Source of the DNA: Bacteroidota bacterium
Lineage (GTDB): Bacteria > Bacteroidota > Bacteroidia > AKYH767-A > 2013-40CM-41-45
Direction of reading: 5' to 3'
NCBI GenBank assembly: GCA_003389385.1
Contig: QQVM01000009.1
Span: forward strand, 66,590 to 130,589
Length of the DNA: 64,000 nucleotides
In this document: positions 49,462 through 59,310 of the stretch, piece by piece
Numbering within the stretch: the first letter of the stretch is position 1
How the letters are laid out: each line of letters opens with the position of its first letter
Made by a program: the position numbers and the translations under genes
Notes under the pieces: generated by a model
Database searches by the model: none
Seen by the model: only the letters and a program-made list of their open reading frames with translations
What the model was told of the DNA's origin: nothing

Positions 49462-50850
49462 TTGATATTTCGTCATTTAGTTTATATGATTTTGATGGTA
49501 TTTTGCACAAAAATTTTACTCTGGATTTCGTGTGGAAAGATTCATCTGCAATTGTCATGTTTTTCCATATCACTTTGCAAGCAAATTTTCAATCACTCAA
49601 GAGAAATATTCGGACGAAATGCTCTTCAGGTTCACTTAGTTTCGTCATTCATTTTATTAATACAAACATCGTCAATGGGGCAGCCGGATTATCTGAACAG
49701 TGCTTCAAATGTAGGTAATGCAGCATCCGCTACTGTTAATTTACCTGCAGGAACAGTGTTTGATAATTTGTTATTGCTGGGTTTGATGTTTGAAAAAGGA
49801 AATACAGTTTCGATCTCACCTCCCCCCGGATGGAATTTAATTATCAGAAGAGACAATGGTTCGGATGTTGGAATGGCAATATATTATAAAGTAGCAGGTG
49901 GTTCTGAACCGGAAAATTATTCTTTTGGATTAACTAACGGTGCAAAATGGGCCATCGCGTGCAGCCGTATCAGCAATGCGAGTTTATCAACACCGGTAAA
50001 TGCTGTTGGTGCTCAGACAGGCTACGGCAGTTCGGTAAATGCACCATCATTAAATACTACTGTCAATAATACACTTGTTTTGTGTTTCTATACAAACAAA
50101 AAATTTTCGACCTATACACCGCATGCATCAACAATAGAGAGATATGATTTTCCCAACTCAGTTGAAGGGGTTCCTTCAAATATGATGGCATCTTTTGTCA
50201 GATCCGCTACAGGTTCTACCGGAAGTATAGAGGCTACCTCAACTGATGCTGAATCCTGGGTGGCAGCTCAGGTGGCTATTAATCCTCCAAGCACACTTCC
50301 GGTCAGTTTTCAATATTTTAAAGCGGAAGTTAGTCATCATGAAGCATTCATTAAGTGGGCAACTGTTTCTGAGGTAAACAATGACTATTTCATAATTGAG
50401 AAATCAAAGAATGGAGTTGATTTTGAGTTCGTGGACTTGGTAAATGGAGCTGGAAACAGCAATGAGTTGCAACATTACATAATTGCGGACCGTTCACCTT
50501 ACAAAGGGCTGTCGTATTATCGTATCAAGCAAATCGATTATGATGGTTGCGTTCATTACTCGGTTTTAGTTTCACTGGAATTCATTAAAAATGAATGGGC
50601 GATTTATCTGCAAAATCCATTTGACGGAGAAACTTTAAGGATGAGTATTCAACAAGCAGATGATGAAGATGAAATAACAGTTGATATGTTTGCCTTATCC
50701 GGGAACAGAGTATTTTCCTCTTTGTTGCAAAAGCGTGAGGGTATTTGGAAAAATGAATTCACCTTGCCGTATCAATTGAAGTCGGGGATGTACCTCATAA
50801 TATTGAACGGGAGAAATCGTACTTTTTCAAAGTGGTTATTGGTGTGGTAA
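49462..50850 (+). CDS. Secreted protein paralogous in its C-terminal half to the 43312-44817 product; T9SS-like C-terminal domain; 5' end uncertain
   Basis: Shares the module LPVSFQYFKAEV...SYYRIKQIDYDGCVHYS. Tail is LQNPFDGETL...GMYLIILNG. The N-terminal ~70 aa of the track ORF (TTG start) lacks a canonical signal peptide, so the true start is unclear. Confidence 0.65.
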   Translation: MIFRHLVYMILMVFCTKILLWISCGKIHLQLSCFSISLCKQIFNHSREIFGRNALQVHLVSSFILLIQTSSMGQPDYLNSASNVGNAASATVNLPAGTVFDNLLLLGLMFEKGNTVSISPPPGWNLIIRRDNGSDVGMAIYYKVAGGSEPENYSFGLTNGAKWAIACSRISNASLSTPVNAVGAQTGYGSSVNAPSLNTTVNNTLVLCFYTNKKFSTYTPHASTIERYDFPNSVEGVPSNMMASFVRSATGSTGSIEATSTDAESWVAAQVAINPPSTLPVSFQYFKAEVSHHEAFIKWATVSEVNNDYFIIEKSKNGVDFEFVDLVNGAGNSNELQHYIIADRSPYKGLSYYRIKQIDYDGCVHYSVLVSLEFIKNEWAIYLQNPFDGETLRMSIQQADDEDEITVDMFALSGNRVFSSLLQKREGIWKNEFTLPYQLKSGMYLIILNGRNRTFSKWLLVW

Positions 50851-51061
50851 AAAAAATCTTGCCTCCAATTACCATAACACGACCTTCTTTCAGCCGACGA
50901 GGTGCAAAGCAGGTAATCGGAGAATTCGGAATGTACTTAAGGCCTGCAGTTTATTTTCACAAATTTTAGTGTGTGTTTGAATGACAGTACAAGTGAACGG
51001 CATTAATACGAACTCCTCCTTTCTTTCATCTGATGAAGCGCATAGTCAGAATACTTATAAA

Positions 51062-51934
51062 TTACATCTTTTTGTGCTTCCAGCGCCTGTGTGTCCAAAG
51101 CCAAAATGCAGGATCCTGGCGGATCAACTCCTCGTTTATGCGGGCGCATTTTTCGGTGATCTCATTCGGAGAGGCGGTCCTTGGTTCATCACTCACAAGT
51201 TCATAGCTGAGTTTGTAATGTCCGCGTTTCAGTTTCACAATCCTGCCATAAAGAACAGGATAGTCATACTTCTGCGCGTATTTCTCCACTCCGGTGAAAA
51301 CGCAAGTATCCTGGTTTAAAAATTTCATCCAATGTCCGCGTTTAGGATCTGAAGGACTCTGGTCGTTGATAAAACCGTATGTACAAAGATCGTTTCTGTG
51401 CGCTTCAAAAAAATCAGCCACTTCGCGTGTGCTCATCAGCTTCATTCCAAACTTGGCTCTGGTCTTTCTGAGTTTTTGATCAAAGAACTGATTGGAAAGC
51501 CTCTGATAAATTCCTGTTGCTAAATGTGAGCTGTGATAAGGCAGCGTGATCGCAGGCCATTCCCAGTTACCGTAATGTCCCGTGGCAAGAATCAGACTCT
51601 TATTTTTTTTGTAAAATTCTTCCAGAAGAGAAGTGTTTTCAAGCGTCACTCTTTTCAGTAAATCATTCTGGCTTGCAGTGAATGTTTTTAAGCTTTCAAA
51701 AATCAAATCACAGAAATGCCTGTAAAATCTTTTCATGATGACTTTCAGCTCCGCTTCAGTTTTTTCCGGAAAAGAATTCCTGAGATTGCTCATCACTACC
51801 TTTTTCCTGTACGGAGTTATATAGAACAGGATAAAAAAAGTGAAATCTGAAAGCAGGTACATCAACCTAAATGGCAGCATACTTACCGGCATTATGACCA
51901 GATAATATAAAATGATGCTGGGCAAGTGTTTCAT
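51062..51934 (-). CDS. Lipid A biosynthesis (LpxL/HtrB-like) lysophospholipid acyltransferase-family protein
   Basis: 290 aa with an N-terminal TM anchor. ATGHYGNWEW (HxxxxE/D-type acyltransferase motif) and PAFWLWTHRRWK C-terminus. Confidence 0.8.
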   Translation of the reverse strand: MKHLPSIILYYLVIMPVSMLPFRLMYLLSDFTFFILFYITPYRKKVVMSNLRNSFPEKTEAELKVIMKRFYRHFCDLIFESLKTFTASQNDLLKRVTLENTSLLEEFYKKNKSLILATGHYGNWEWPAITLPYHSSHLATGIYQRLSNQFFDQKLRKTRAKFGMKLMSTREVADFFEAHRNDLCTYGFINDQSPSDPKRGHWMKFLNQDTCVFTGVEKYAQKYDYPVLYGRIVKLKRGHYKLSYELVSDEPRTASPNEITEKCARINEELIRQDPAFWLWTHRRWKHKKM

Positions 51935-51981
51935 GTTTGTATGATGCGAGGCGGTAAAATTAAGATAATATAATCAGGCCC

Positions 51982-52016
51982 AAAAAAAGAAAAAGCCACT
52001 CCATACCGGAGTGGCT
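51982..52016 (-). terminator. Rho-independent terminator downstream of the 996-aa beta-helix protein gene
   Basis: On the minus strand: agccactcc-ggtat-ggagtggct followed by TTTTTCTTTTTTT, about 24 nt after the stop at 52040. Confidence 0.8.
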
Positions 52017-52039
52017 TTGAAACAATTTTCTAGAAATGA

Positions 52040-55030
52040 TCAGTTTCTCTGGATCACCACTTTGAGTGTCTGAGTTTCTTCTGAGCTTAGAAGGCGCACG
52101 AAATAAACGCCATCAGATAATCCTTCAAGATTAAATCTTGTTACGATATCGGATTGTTTTCCTGCTGCACGAGCCTGTCGGAGTACAGATCCTTTCATGT
52201 CCATCAGACTGATAATTGCGTCAGAACCTGAATTGATGAACTGTACATTCAGCTCATTGGCTGCTGGGTTTGGATAAGCGATCAGGGAACCTGAAGAAAC
52301 CTGATTTTTAATGCCGGTAGTGAGATTGATACTCATCGAGTCTGTCCATGTGCAACCATTCGCACCTGTAACTGTTACCCAGTGCCATCCGTCGGTAGTG
52401 ACTGTGATTGTCTGACCTGTGGTTCCATCAGACCAGAGGTATGATGAGAAGCCAGGACCGGCATCGAGCACATAGGAGAAAGGTGAAGCAAGAATTGTGT
52501 CTGGTCCAATATCGGTGAAGACACCTGGTGATACATTCACTTGTACCGGAATACGGATTGAACCGCAGATGCCAAGTCCGCAATTTGCGAGTGAAGGAGT
52601 AAGGTTGGCATTTTGCACTCCTTTAGTCCCTGGTTCGCAGACAAAGTCTGTAGCATCATCATTATCAGAGTTCCCTGTTCTGCTCAGAGTGCCCGGGTTA
52701 CAACCACTCGATACTATACCATTACCGTTCCACTTGTTTCCTATGTTCACAGTAAACCCGTTAACAACAGCAGCCATACCCTGAATGGCAGTTGCATTCC
52801 AGTCCCAGGCAATAAAATCAACTACATTGCCAGTCGGATCAATTATTATCGCCCAGCTGTTGCTGCCCGGGTTCCAGAGAATATTGCTTCCCCAGTAATT
52901 ATCTGCAGAGTTATCACTCTTATATTGAATTTCACCTGGAGCGAAAACTCCAAGGTTCCACAGATTTGCATTTACAGAATTAATGTCAGTATAGCTGTTG
53001 CTAACTGCAACCACATAACCTGTAGCATCAAAGGTAGCGCCCGATAGATTCTGAATCTCAATATAGTCAGGATCATTGGAACTGCACTCTACAATCCTTA
53101 AGCAACCCGATACTCCGCTTCCCTGCCTGGATTCAGCATAAAATACTGTGTCTGTTGAAATGGTTGTGATGAGTGGAGAACCGGTTGCAATCGGATTGCC
53201 TCCATTGGCCTGGTCATACCATACAATTTCATCACCAGGATCCGGTGTTGCTGTGATGACTGTATTATTATCGCAACCTTGTTGTGGAGAGGCAGCGGTT
53301 GGTGAATTGGGAATAGTATAAAAATTACGAGTGGCTAAAATAGTATCGTTGTTTCTGTACTGGTCAATTCCGAGTGAGCTGAATGCCTGTATAAAATATT
53401 GTCCGCCTGTCACAGTAGAAATACTCTGCGGGAATGTGTGAGTGATATTAGTGTTTGCGGGAATTGGTCCCGGGATGGTGTCGTAAAATGTGTATGATGC
53501 CGGACCGGTGATTTCAAGTTGTACCGGAATATTCGATTGATCATTGCTGCCTATGTTTCCGACATTGATGGAGAATGTTACATTTTGCGATCCGCAGGCA
53601 CCGAGAGCTGGAGGAGAAGCCAACCCAAGCATGACAAGATTATCGGCAAATGGAGTAAACTCATCCGCACCAATGTCTGGTGTCGATGGATTGCGTGGAT
53701 CACCGTCGATATCTGTAGTAATGCCTGCAATGGGAATACCTACGTTGTCGATACCCGCACCGAAAGCATGAAGATCGCTCGCTGATACAAAGATCGGGTC
53801 AGCTGACACTGAGTTCACATCCCTGCCGGTTGAATCACGCCACGTGGTAATGTTATTAATATTTGAAGCATTCCAAAATGCCAGGTTTGGACCTGTAGAG
53901 TACAAGTCATTGAAGTCAGATACGCTCAGACTTGTTGTGGCTGAACTAGTGATATAATATGCCATTCCCCCACCGGTGTTAGCCATAATGTTGTTCTGCA
54001 CAATCAGTTTTACTGATGTGGCTGCAGTTACATAGAAACATCTTGAAGTTGCACCGGTACCAGTTACATGAATCGAGTTGTGCCAGATGTTCATATTTGA
54101 ACTGCCAGTGATAAAAATACCATATGCTGTACCCGAGCCTCCTGCATGAATGAAATTATTGATGATATGAATTGGCGCAGTAGACAAGCCGTGCGATCCG
54201 GTGAAGTACATTCCATATCCTCCGTTAGGTGAGCTTGTTTTGTTTCGCTCAATTCTCATGTCTTCAGCACAGGCAGTGAAGTATAGTCCGTAGAATGTGG
54301 CATAAGTCGAAGTGGTTGTAATAACATTTCCGATGATTACTGGAGAAATCTGGTTGCCAAGGTGAATCGCCCTTCCGTAATTATCTGTGAATGTATTGTT
54401 TGTAATACGTGTACCGTTTTCACGTTGAGTAGTACTGGCGCCTAGATAATACAATCCGTAGGAGCCTTTCAAAAACAAATTGTTGTTGAATACATTCATG
54501 GTATCATGAGATGTCACGCCTGAAGTAGAAAACACCACACAGGAATTTGTTGTGAGTGTGGTGGCATTTGATCCTTCAAGTATGTTGTTTTCAAAAGTGA
54601 CATGGTTGGAAGAGTTTGTGAGATTGACAACAGTGCCGTAAGTATCAGTTCCAACTCTGCTGATGGTCATATTGCGGAATGTGATGTAATCTGCCCCGTT
54701 CAACTGCATTGTAAAATTATCTGTGGTAGTAGTGGAAGTAGGCTGAGTTAAAATTACGGCTGTACTATCTCCGGTCTCAGACTTGAATGTGACGGTGTTT
54801 GTGGCATTCGAGCCAATGATCTGTGGAATTATTACTCGCTCAGTGTATGTGCCGTTTCTCACATTGAACACAACAGGTCCTGAAATACCTAATGTGCTGA
54901 GGTCATTCACCGCATCGTTAAAGGTCGCGTAATCTGGAGTGCTGCCTCCGATTGTAAAAGTTCCGGTGAGCTGGGCATTGGAGTTTAAAACACCCGCTAA
55001 CAGGGCCATTGCAAGTATCAGTATTCTCAT
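52040..55030 (-). CDS. Large secreted parallel-beta-helix protein with lamin-tail-like (LTD) domain and T9SS C-terminal sorting domain
   Basis: 996 aa. Signal peptide ends SNA|Q. Periodic NN(I/L/F) turns: FENNILEG, FNNNLFLKG, ITNNTFTDN, IINNFIHAG, IWHNSIHV, VQNNIMANT. LTD-like segment is RIVECSSNDPDYIEIQNLSGATFDATGYVV. C-terminus is AYPNPAANELNVQF...GVYFVRLL. Confidence 0.8.
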   Translation of the reverse strand: MRILILAMALLAGVLNSNAQLTGTFTIGGSTPDYATFNDAVNDLSTLGISGPVVFNVRNGTYTERVIIPQIIGSNATNTVTFKSETGDSTAVILTQPTSTTTTDNFTMQLNGADYITFRNMTISRVGTDTYGTVVNLTNSSNHVTFENNILEGSNATTLTTNSCVVFSTSGVTSHDTMNVFNNNLFLKGSYGLYYLGASTTQRENGTRITNNTFTDNYGRAIHLGNQISPVIIGNVITTTSTYATFYGLYFTACAEDMRIERNKTSSPNGGYGMYFTGSHGLSTAPIHIINNFIHAGGSGTAYGIFITGSSNMNIWHNSIHVTGTGATSRCFYVTAATSVKLIVQNNIMANTGGGMAYYITSSATTSLSVSDFNDLYSTGPNLAFWNASNINNITTWRDSTGRDVNSVSADPIFVSASDLHAFGAGIDNVGIPIAGITTDIDGDPRNPSTPDIGADEFTPFADNLVMLGLASPPALGACGSQNVTFSINVGNIGSNDQSNIPVQLEITGPASYTFYDTIPGPIPANTNITHTFPQSISTVTGGQYFIQAFSSLGIDQYRNNDTILATRNFYTIPNSPTAASPQQGCDNNTVITATPDPGDEIVWYDQANGGNPIATGSPLITTISTDTVFYAESRQGSGVSGCLRIVECSSNDPDYIEIQNLSGATFDATGYVVAVSNSYTDINSVNANLWNLGVFAPGEIQYKSDNSADNYWGSNILWNPGSNSWAIIIDPTGNVVDFIAWDWNATAIQGMAAVVNGFTVNIGNKWNGNGIVSSGCNPGTLSRTGNSDNDDATDFVCEPGTKGVQNANLTPSLANCGLGICGSIRIPVQVNVSPGVFTDIGPDTILASPFSYVLDAGPGFSSYLWSDGTTGQTITVTTDGWHWVTVTGANGCTWTDSMSINLTTGIKNQVSSGSLIAYPNPAANELNVQFINSGSDAIISLMDMKGSVLRQARAAGKQSDIVTRFNLEGLSDGVYFVRLLSSEETQTLKVVIQRN

Positions 55031-55155
55031 GGTTATATTGATTTATAAATTTGCAGAGATTAAATATACTTATATTTTATTGAACAATTCCAAGGATTGT
55101 TTGAGCACTTTATTTCTATAAGATTCTGTTTTCATGGGAAATCCCCTCATTTTCT

Positions 55156-56697
55156 TTACAATGGGATGTTGCCATGTTTTTTTCTAGGCAGTTTTGCCAC
55201 CTTATTTCTGAGCATTCGAAATGCACTGATCAGTTTCACCCTGGTTTGTGAAGGTGATATTACCTCATCAATATAGCCTCTTTCGGCTGCTTTGTATGGA
55301 TTTGCAAAGAGCTTATTGTATTCGTCTTCTTTTTCTTTGAGTTTGGCTGCAGCATCTTGGGCTTCGGAAATTTCTTTTTTGAAAATAATTTCAGCCGCGC
55401 CTTTCGCTCCCATCACTGCGATCTCAGCACTGGGCCAGGCGTAATTCATGTCTGCTCCGATGTGCTTCGAGTTCATCACATCGTAGGCGCCTCCGTAAGC
55501 TTTTCGTGTAATTACGGTTATTCTGGGTACAGTGGCTTCCGAAAACGCGTATAAAAGCTTGGCGCCATTAGTGATGATCGCGTTCCATTCCTGGTCAGTG
55601 CCCGGAAGAAAACCCGGCACATCTTCAAATACAAGCAAGGGGATATTGAAGCAATCGCAAAATCTTACAAAGCGAGCTGCTTTTGTGGAGGCATGAATAT
55701 CCAAAACACCGGCAAGGTGTGCAGGTTGATTTGCAACCACTCCTATGCTGCGTCCTTCAAGTCGTGCAAAACCAACCAATATATTCTCTGCAAAATCACG
55801 ATGAACTTCAAAGAAGGAATCTGTATCCACAACTCCTGAAATCACATCGTGCATATCGTAAGGCTGGTTCGGATTTTCAGGAATGATTGAGTTCAAAGAT
55901 GGCCTTGACTCGTTTGAAGGAATGTATTCCAGTGCCGGCGCATCTTCTTCGCAATTCTGCGGGATGTATGACAACAGTCTTTTTATATAATGAATGCACT
56001 CCATTTCATTTACGCAGGTGAAATGTGTTACTCCTGATTTGCTTGCATGAGTCATCGCTCCGCCCAATTCTTCTGAGCTCACATTTTCGTGGGTCACCGT
56101 TTTAACTACGTTCGGACCGGTCACAAACATGTAAGATGTATTTTCCACCATCATGATAAAATCCGTAATGGCAGGAGAATACACTGCACCGCCCGCGCAA
56201 GGTCCCATGATGGCAGAAATCTGCGGTATTACACCGGATGCCAGTGTGTTCCGGTAAAAGATGTCGGCATATCCGCCCAATGAAACTACACCTTCCTGTA
56301 TTCGTGCTCCGCCAGAGTCATTCAAGCCGATTACCGGTGCTCCGTTTTGCATGGCTAAATCCATGATGCGGCAAATTTTCTGAGCATGGGTTTCTGAAAG
56401 AGAGCCGCCAAAGACAGTGAAATCCTGAGCGAAAACATATACAAACCTGCCGTTGATTTTCCCGTATCCGGTTATTACTCCATCGCCAGGATAAATTTCT
56501 TTATCCATACCGAACTCAGTCGCCCTGTGTGTAACCAGCATTCCGATCTCTTCAAACGATCCTTCATCAAGCAGAAAATGCACACGTTCCCTGGCGGTCA
56601 TCTTACCCTTCTTGTGCTGGGCTTCAATTCTTTTCTTCCCTCCGCCAGCCTTAGCCTGCTCAATCTTTGAATCGAGAATTTCCTGTTTGCTTTTCAT
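55156..56697 (-). CDS. Acyl-CoA carboxylase carboxyltransferase (beta) subunit (propionyl-CoA carboxylase beta / methylmalonyl-CoA carboxyltransferase family)
   Basis: 513 aa. [32 protein letters not shown] and [11 protein letters not shown] are all typical of the family. Confidence 0.93.
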   Translation of the reverse strand: MKSKQEILDSKIEQAKAGGGKKRIEAQHKKGKMTARERVHFLLDEGSFEEIGMLVTHRATEFGMDKEIYPGDGVITGYGKINGRFVYVFAQDFTVFGGSLSETHAQKICRIMDLAMQNGAPVIGLNDSGGARIQEGVVSLGGYADIFYRNTLASGVIPQISAIMGPCAGGAVYSPAITDFIMMVENTSYMFVTGPNVVKTVTHENVSSEELGGAMTHASKSGVTHFTCVNEMECIHYIKRLLSYIPQNCEEDAPALEYIPSNESRPSLNSIIPENPNQPYDMHDVISGVVDTDSFFEVHRDFAENILVGFARLEGRSIGVVANQPAHLAGVLDIHASTKAARFVRFCDCFNIPLLVFEDVPGFLPGTDQEWNAIITNGAKLLYAFSEATVPRITVITRKAYGGAYDVMNSKHIGADMNYAWPSAEIAVMGAKGAAEIIFKKEISEAQDAAAKLKEKEDEYNKLFANPYKAAERGYIDEVISPSQTRVKLISAFRMLRNKVAKLPRKKHGNIPL

Positions 56698-56818
56698 ACC
56701 TGAAATTTATCCGGGCTAAATTACAATTTTACTTGCCTATCTGCCCTTTACTTATTTAAAATCCAAACACGATAATTCACATTCCCCAGTATCATGGTCT
56801 TTTGTTTATTTTCGCAGG

Positions 56819-57820
56819 ATGAAAGAAATAGTTGTCAGCGGAATACGAAGCACTGGCCGGCTGCATCTCGGAAATTACTTCGGGGCAATGCGCAATTTTT
56901 TAAAGATGCAGCATGAATATAATTGCTTCTTTTTCATCGCGGATTATCATTCACTGACTACTCACCCGGCTCCGAATGATTTTCATGAAAACGTTCGGCA
57001 GGTATTGGTCGAATACCTTGCCTGTGGTCTGGATCCTGATGCTGCAACCATTTATGTGCAGAGCGACATTCCTGAAATCCCCGAACTTTATTTGCTTCTC
57101 AACATGAACGCCTACGTGGGCGAGCTTGAAAGATGTACTTCCTTCAAGGATAAAATCCGAAAACAACCGGACAACATCAATGCCGGTTTGCTTACATATC
57201 CCTCACTCATGGCCGCAGATATTCTTATTCACCGTGCAGTGAAAGTGCCTGTGGGAAAGGATCAGGAGCAGCATCTTGAAATGGCCCGAACATTCGGAAA
57301 CCGCTTCAACAGAATTTACCGTACAGAACTGTTTCCTGAACCATATGCTTTTAATTTCGGGACGGAACTCGTAAAAATCCCCGGACTCGATGGCAGCGGA
57401 AAGATGGGAAAGAGTGAAGGTGAAGGCAATGCAATATTTCTTTCTGATCCTGAAGATGTGATTCGTAAGAAAGTGATGAGAGCCGTTACCGATAGCGGCC
57501 CCACTGAATTAAACCAAAAAAAACCGGAGGCCATTAAGAATCTTTTCCTGCTGATGAATGCAGTTTCTTCACATGATACCTATTCCTTTTTTGAAGATAA
57601 ATATGCGCAGATGCAAATCCGTTACGGTGATATGAAGAAGCAACTTGCAGAAGACATGGCTGCATTTTGCAAACCCTTCAGAGAAAGAATTGAAGAACTT
57701 TCCAAGGACAGCGAATACGTGGGCAAGGTAGCCAGAGTGGGAGCTGAAAAAGCACGCGTCAGCGCGCAAGAGACGGTTCGAAATGCCAGAAAAGCTATCG
57801 GGATACGAAGTTTCTATTAA
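56819..57820 (+). CDS. trpS: Tryptophan--tRNA ligase
   Basis: 333 aa. SGIRSTGRLHLGNYFGA (HIGH-type) and KMGKSEG (KMSKS). Confidence 0.95.
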   Translation: MKEIVVSGIRSTGRLHLGNYFGAMRNFLKMQHEYNCFFFIADYHSLTTHPAPNDFHENVRQVLVEYLACGLDPDAATIYVQSDIPEIPELYLLLNMNAYVGELERCTSFKDKIRKQPDNINAGLLTYPSLMAADILIHRAVKVPVGKDQEQHLEMARTFGNRFNRIYRTELFPEPYAFNFGTELVKIPGLDGSGKMGKSEGEGNAIFLSDPEDVIRKKVMRAVTDSGPTELNQKKPEAIKNLFLLMNAVSSHDTYSFFEDKYAQMQIRYGDMKKQLAEDMAAFCKPFRERIEELSKDSEYVGKVARVGAEKARVSAQETVRNARKAIGIRSFY

Positions 57821-57903
57821 ATTAATCCATTCAATATGAGTTAAATATAGGTAAGCGCTGCATTTTTGTCTAAATAAATGTTGCAACATATAATGTTTTA
57901 ACG

Positions 57904-57911
57904 TACATTTG
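57904..57911 (+). promoter_or_regulatory. Candidate -7 box TAcaTTTG
   Basis: 30 nt upstream of the YceI-family ATG. A TTG lies about 20 nt further upstream. Confidence 0.4.
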
Positions 57912-57940
57912 CATTGAATAAGTTAAAAAATCACAAAATC

Positions 57941-58519
57941 ATGAAAAAGTTATTGTCCCTCCTTACGGCTTTGGCCTTTGTCACAATTGCCAATGCCCAA
58001 AACTGGAAACTGGATAACGCGCATTCCAAAATTCATTTTAGCGCAAAGTACCTGTTAATCTCTGATGTAACAGGAGAATTTAAAAAGTTTGAAGGTGTAA
58101 TCAATTCCGAAAGACCCGATTGGTCTGATCTGAAAGCGGATGTTACAATCGATGTCAGCAGCATTAATACTGAGAACGGCATGCGCGATAAACACCTGGT
58201 ATCGGATGATTTTTTCAATGCTGAAAAATATCCAACGATGACATTCAAAGCTACGGGAATGAAAAAGCTGGATGGTAAAAAATACGTGATGAGCGGTGAT
58301 CTTACCATCAGGGACGTAACCAAAAAAGTTGATTTGCCAGTGGTCTATAACGGAACGGTTACAGATCCATGGGGAAATACAAAAGCCGGCTTCAAGGCAA
58401 CCGGAACTCTGAACCGCCAGGACTACAATCTGAAATATGCGAATAAGGCTGCTGCCGGAGAAGCAGTAGTGAGCGACGACATCGATTTCACAATTGATGT
58501 AGTACTGATCAAACAATAA
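57941..58519 (+). CDS. YceI-family periplasmic polyisoprenoid-binding-like protein
   Basis: Start taken at MKKLLSLLTALAFVTIANA|Q (ATG at 57941; the track ORF starts at a TTG at 57914). W.LD..HS.I.F, RDKHL.S.DFF and G.L.I.(G/D)VTK are typical of YceI. Confidence 0.85.
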   Translation: MKKLLSLLTALAFVTIANAQNWKLDNAHSKIHFSAKYLLISDVTGEFKKFEGVINSERPDWSDLKADVTIDVSSINTENGMRDKHLVSDDFFNAEKYPTMTFKATGMKKLDGKKYVMSGDLTIRDVTKKVDLPVVYNGTVTDPWGNTKAGFKATGTLNRQDYNLKYANKAAAGEAVVSDDIDFTIDVVLIKQ

Positions 58520-58542
58520 ATAATTAATTAGTGTGAATAGCC

Positions 58543-58574
58543 CGGCCATCCACACTATGTGGATGGCCGTTTTT
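58543..58574 (+). terminator. Rho-independent terminator after the YceI-family gene
   Basis: cggccatccaca-cta-tgtggatggccg (12-bp perfect stem) followed by TTTTT, 24 nt after the stop codon. Confidence 0.85.
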
Positions 58575-58587
58575 AATTTGAAATAAA

Positions 58588-58884
58588 ATGAAACAATTCA
58601 TGTTTACCTGTAAACTTCCGCCAGCTCTTTCTTCCGAATTTCTTTCTCTCATCCCTGAACAAAGGAAGGTTGTAAAGGAGCTGATGGAGAAAAATCTGTT
58701 GATCAGTTACACACTTTCATCTGACAGAAGTACGCTGTGGATGCTGATCGAATCTGAAACAGAAGCTGAAGCCATGCTTGTAGCTTCACAACTTCCACTC
58801 AATTCATTCATGGAGCATGAGATAAAGGAAGTGATGTTCCATCACAGTATGGATTTTTCAATTCCACAACCTTCACTTAACTGA
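58588..58884 (+). CDS. Hypothetical small protein (possibly muconolactone-isomerase-like alpha/beta fold)
   Basis: 98 aa. First gene after a strong terminator, 9 nt upstream of the OsmC gene. The family assignment is only a loose recollection of similar small Bacteroidota proteins. Confidence 0.5.
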   Translation: MKQFMFTCKLPPALSSEFLSLIPEQRKVVKELMEKNLLISYTLSSDRSTLWMLIESETEAEAMLVASQLPLNSFMEHEIKEVMFHHSMDFSIPQPSLN

Positions 58885-58893
58885 TTTTATAAA

Positions 58894-59310
58894 ATGAAAT
58901 ACAAAGAAAACATACTTGTTATAAACGAAGGTGGAATCTATGAAAGCATGGCTCACGCCGGCTCTCATACTCTCAGCGGAGACGAGCCTGAAGAACTTGG
59001 CGGAAAAAATAAAGGGCCCACCGCTCACCAGTACATTTTAACTGCATTGGGAATGTGTGTAGCCATAACTCTGAGGATGTATGCCGAACGTAAAGGCTGG
59101 GATATGCAGAAAGTAGAGGTCGAACTCAACATGGAAAAGGGAATTGTAGAAGATAAGGAGAGTACCATAATTTATAAAAAACTGAAATTCAAAGGCGATC
59201 TCGATGAAAAACAAATAGAACGATTGAAATTCATCGCGGAAAAATGTCCGGTTCACAGAACACTGAGCGGGCCTGTGTATTTCAGGGAATTTGAAAAAAT
59301 GGAGTCATGA
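58894..59310 (+). CDS. OsmC-family (peroxiredoxin-like) protein
   Basis: 138 aa. GP.P..LL..ALG.C (PTAHQYILTALGMCV) and EKCPVHRTL are typical of OsmC/Ohr-fold proteins. Confidence 0.8.
   Translation: MKYKENILVINEGGIYESMAHAGSHTLSGDEPEELGGKNKGPTAHQYILTALGMCVAITLRMYAERKGWDMQKVEVELNMEKGIVEDKESTIIYKKLKFKGDLDEKQIERLKFIAEKCPVHRTLSGPVYFREFEKMES

Noticed and set aside
57878-57889. Perfect 12-nt palindrome ATGTTGCAACAT upstream of the YceI-family gene as a possible operator
   Set aside because: It is short, unextended by flanking complementarity and present only once. It coincides with the expected -33 TTG of the candidate promoter, so chance is the more likely explanation.
58055-58555. 166-aa minus-strand ORF
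   Set aside because: It is antisense to the YceI-family gene and runs through that gene's terminator hairpin, so it is a shadow ORF.
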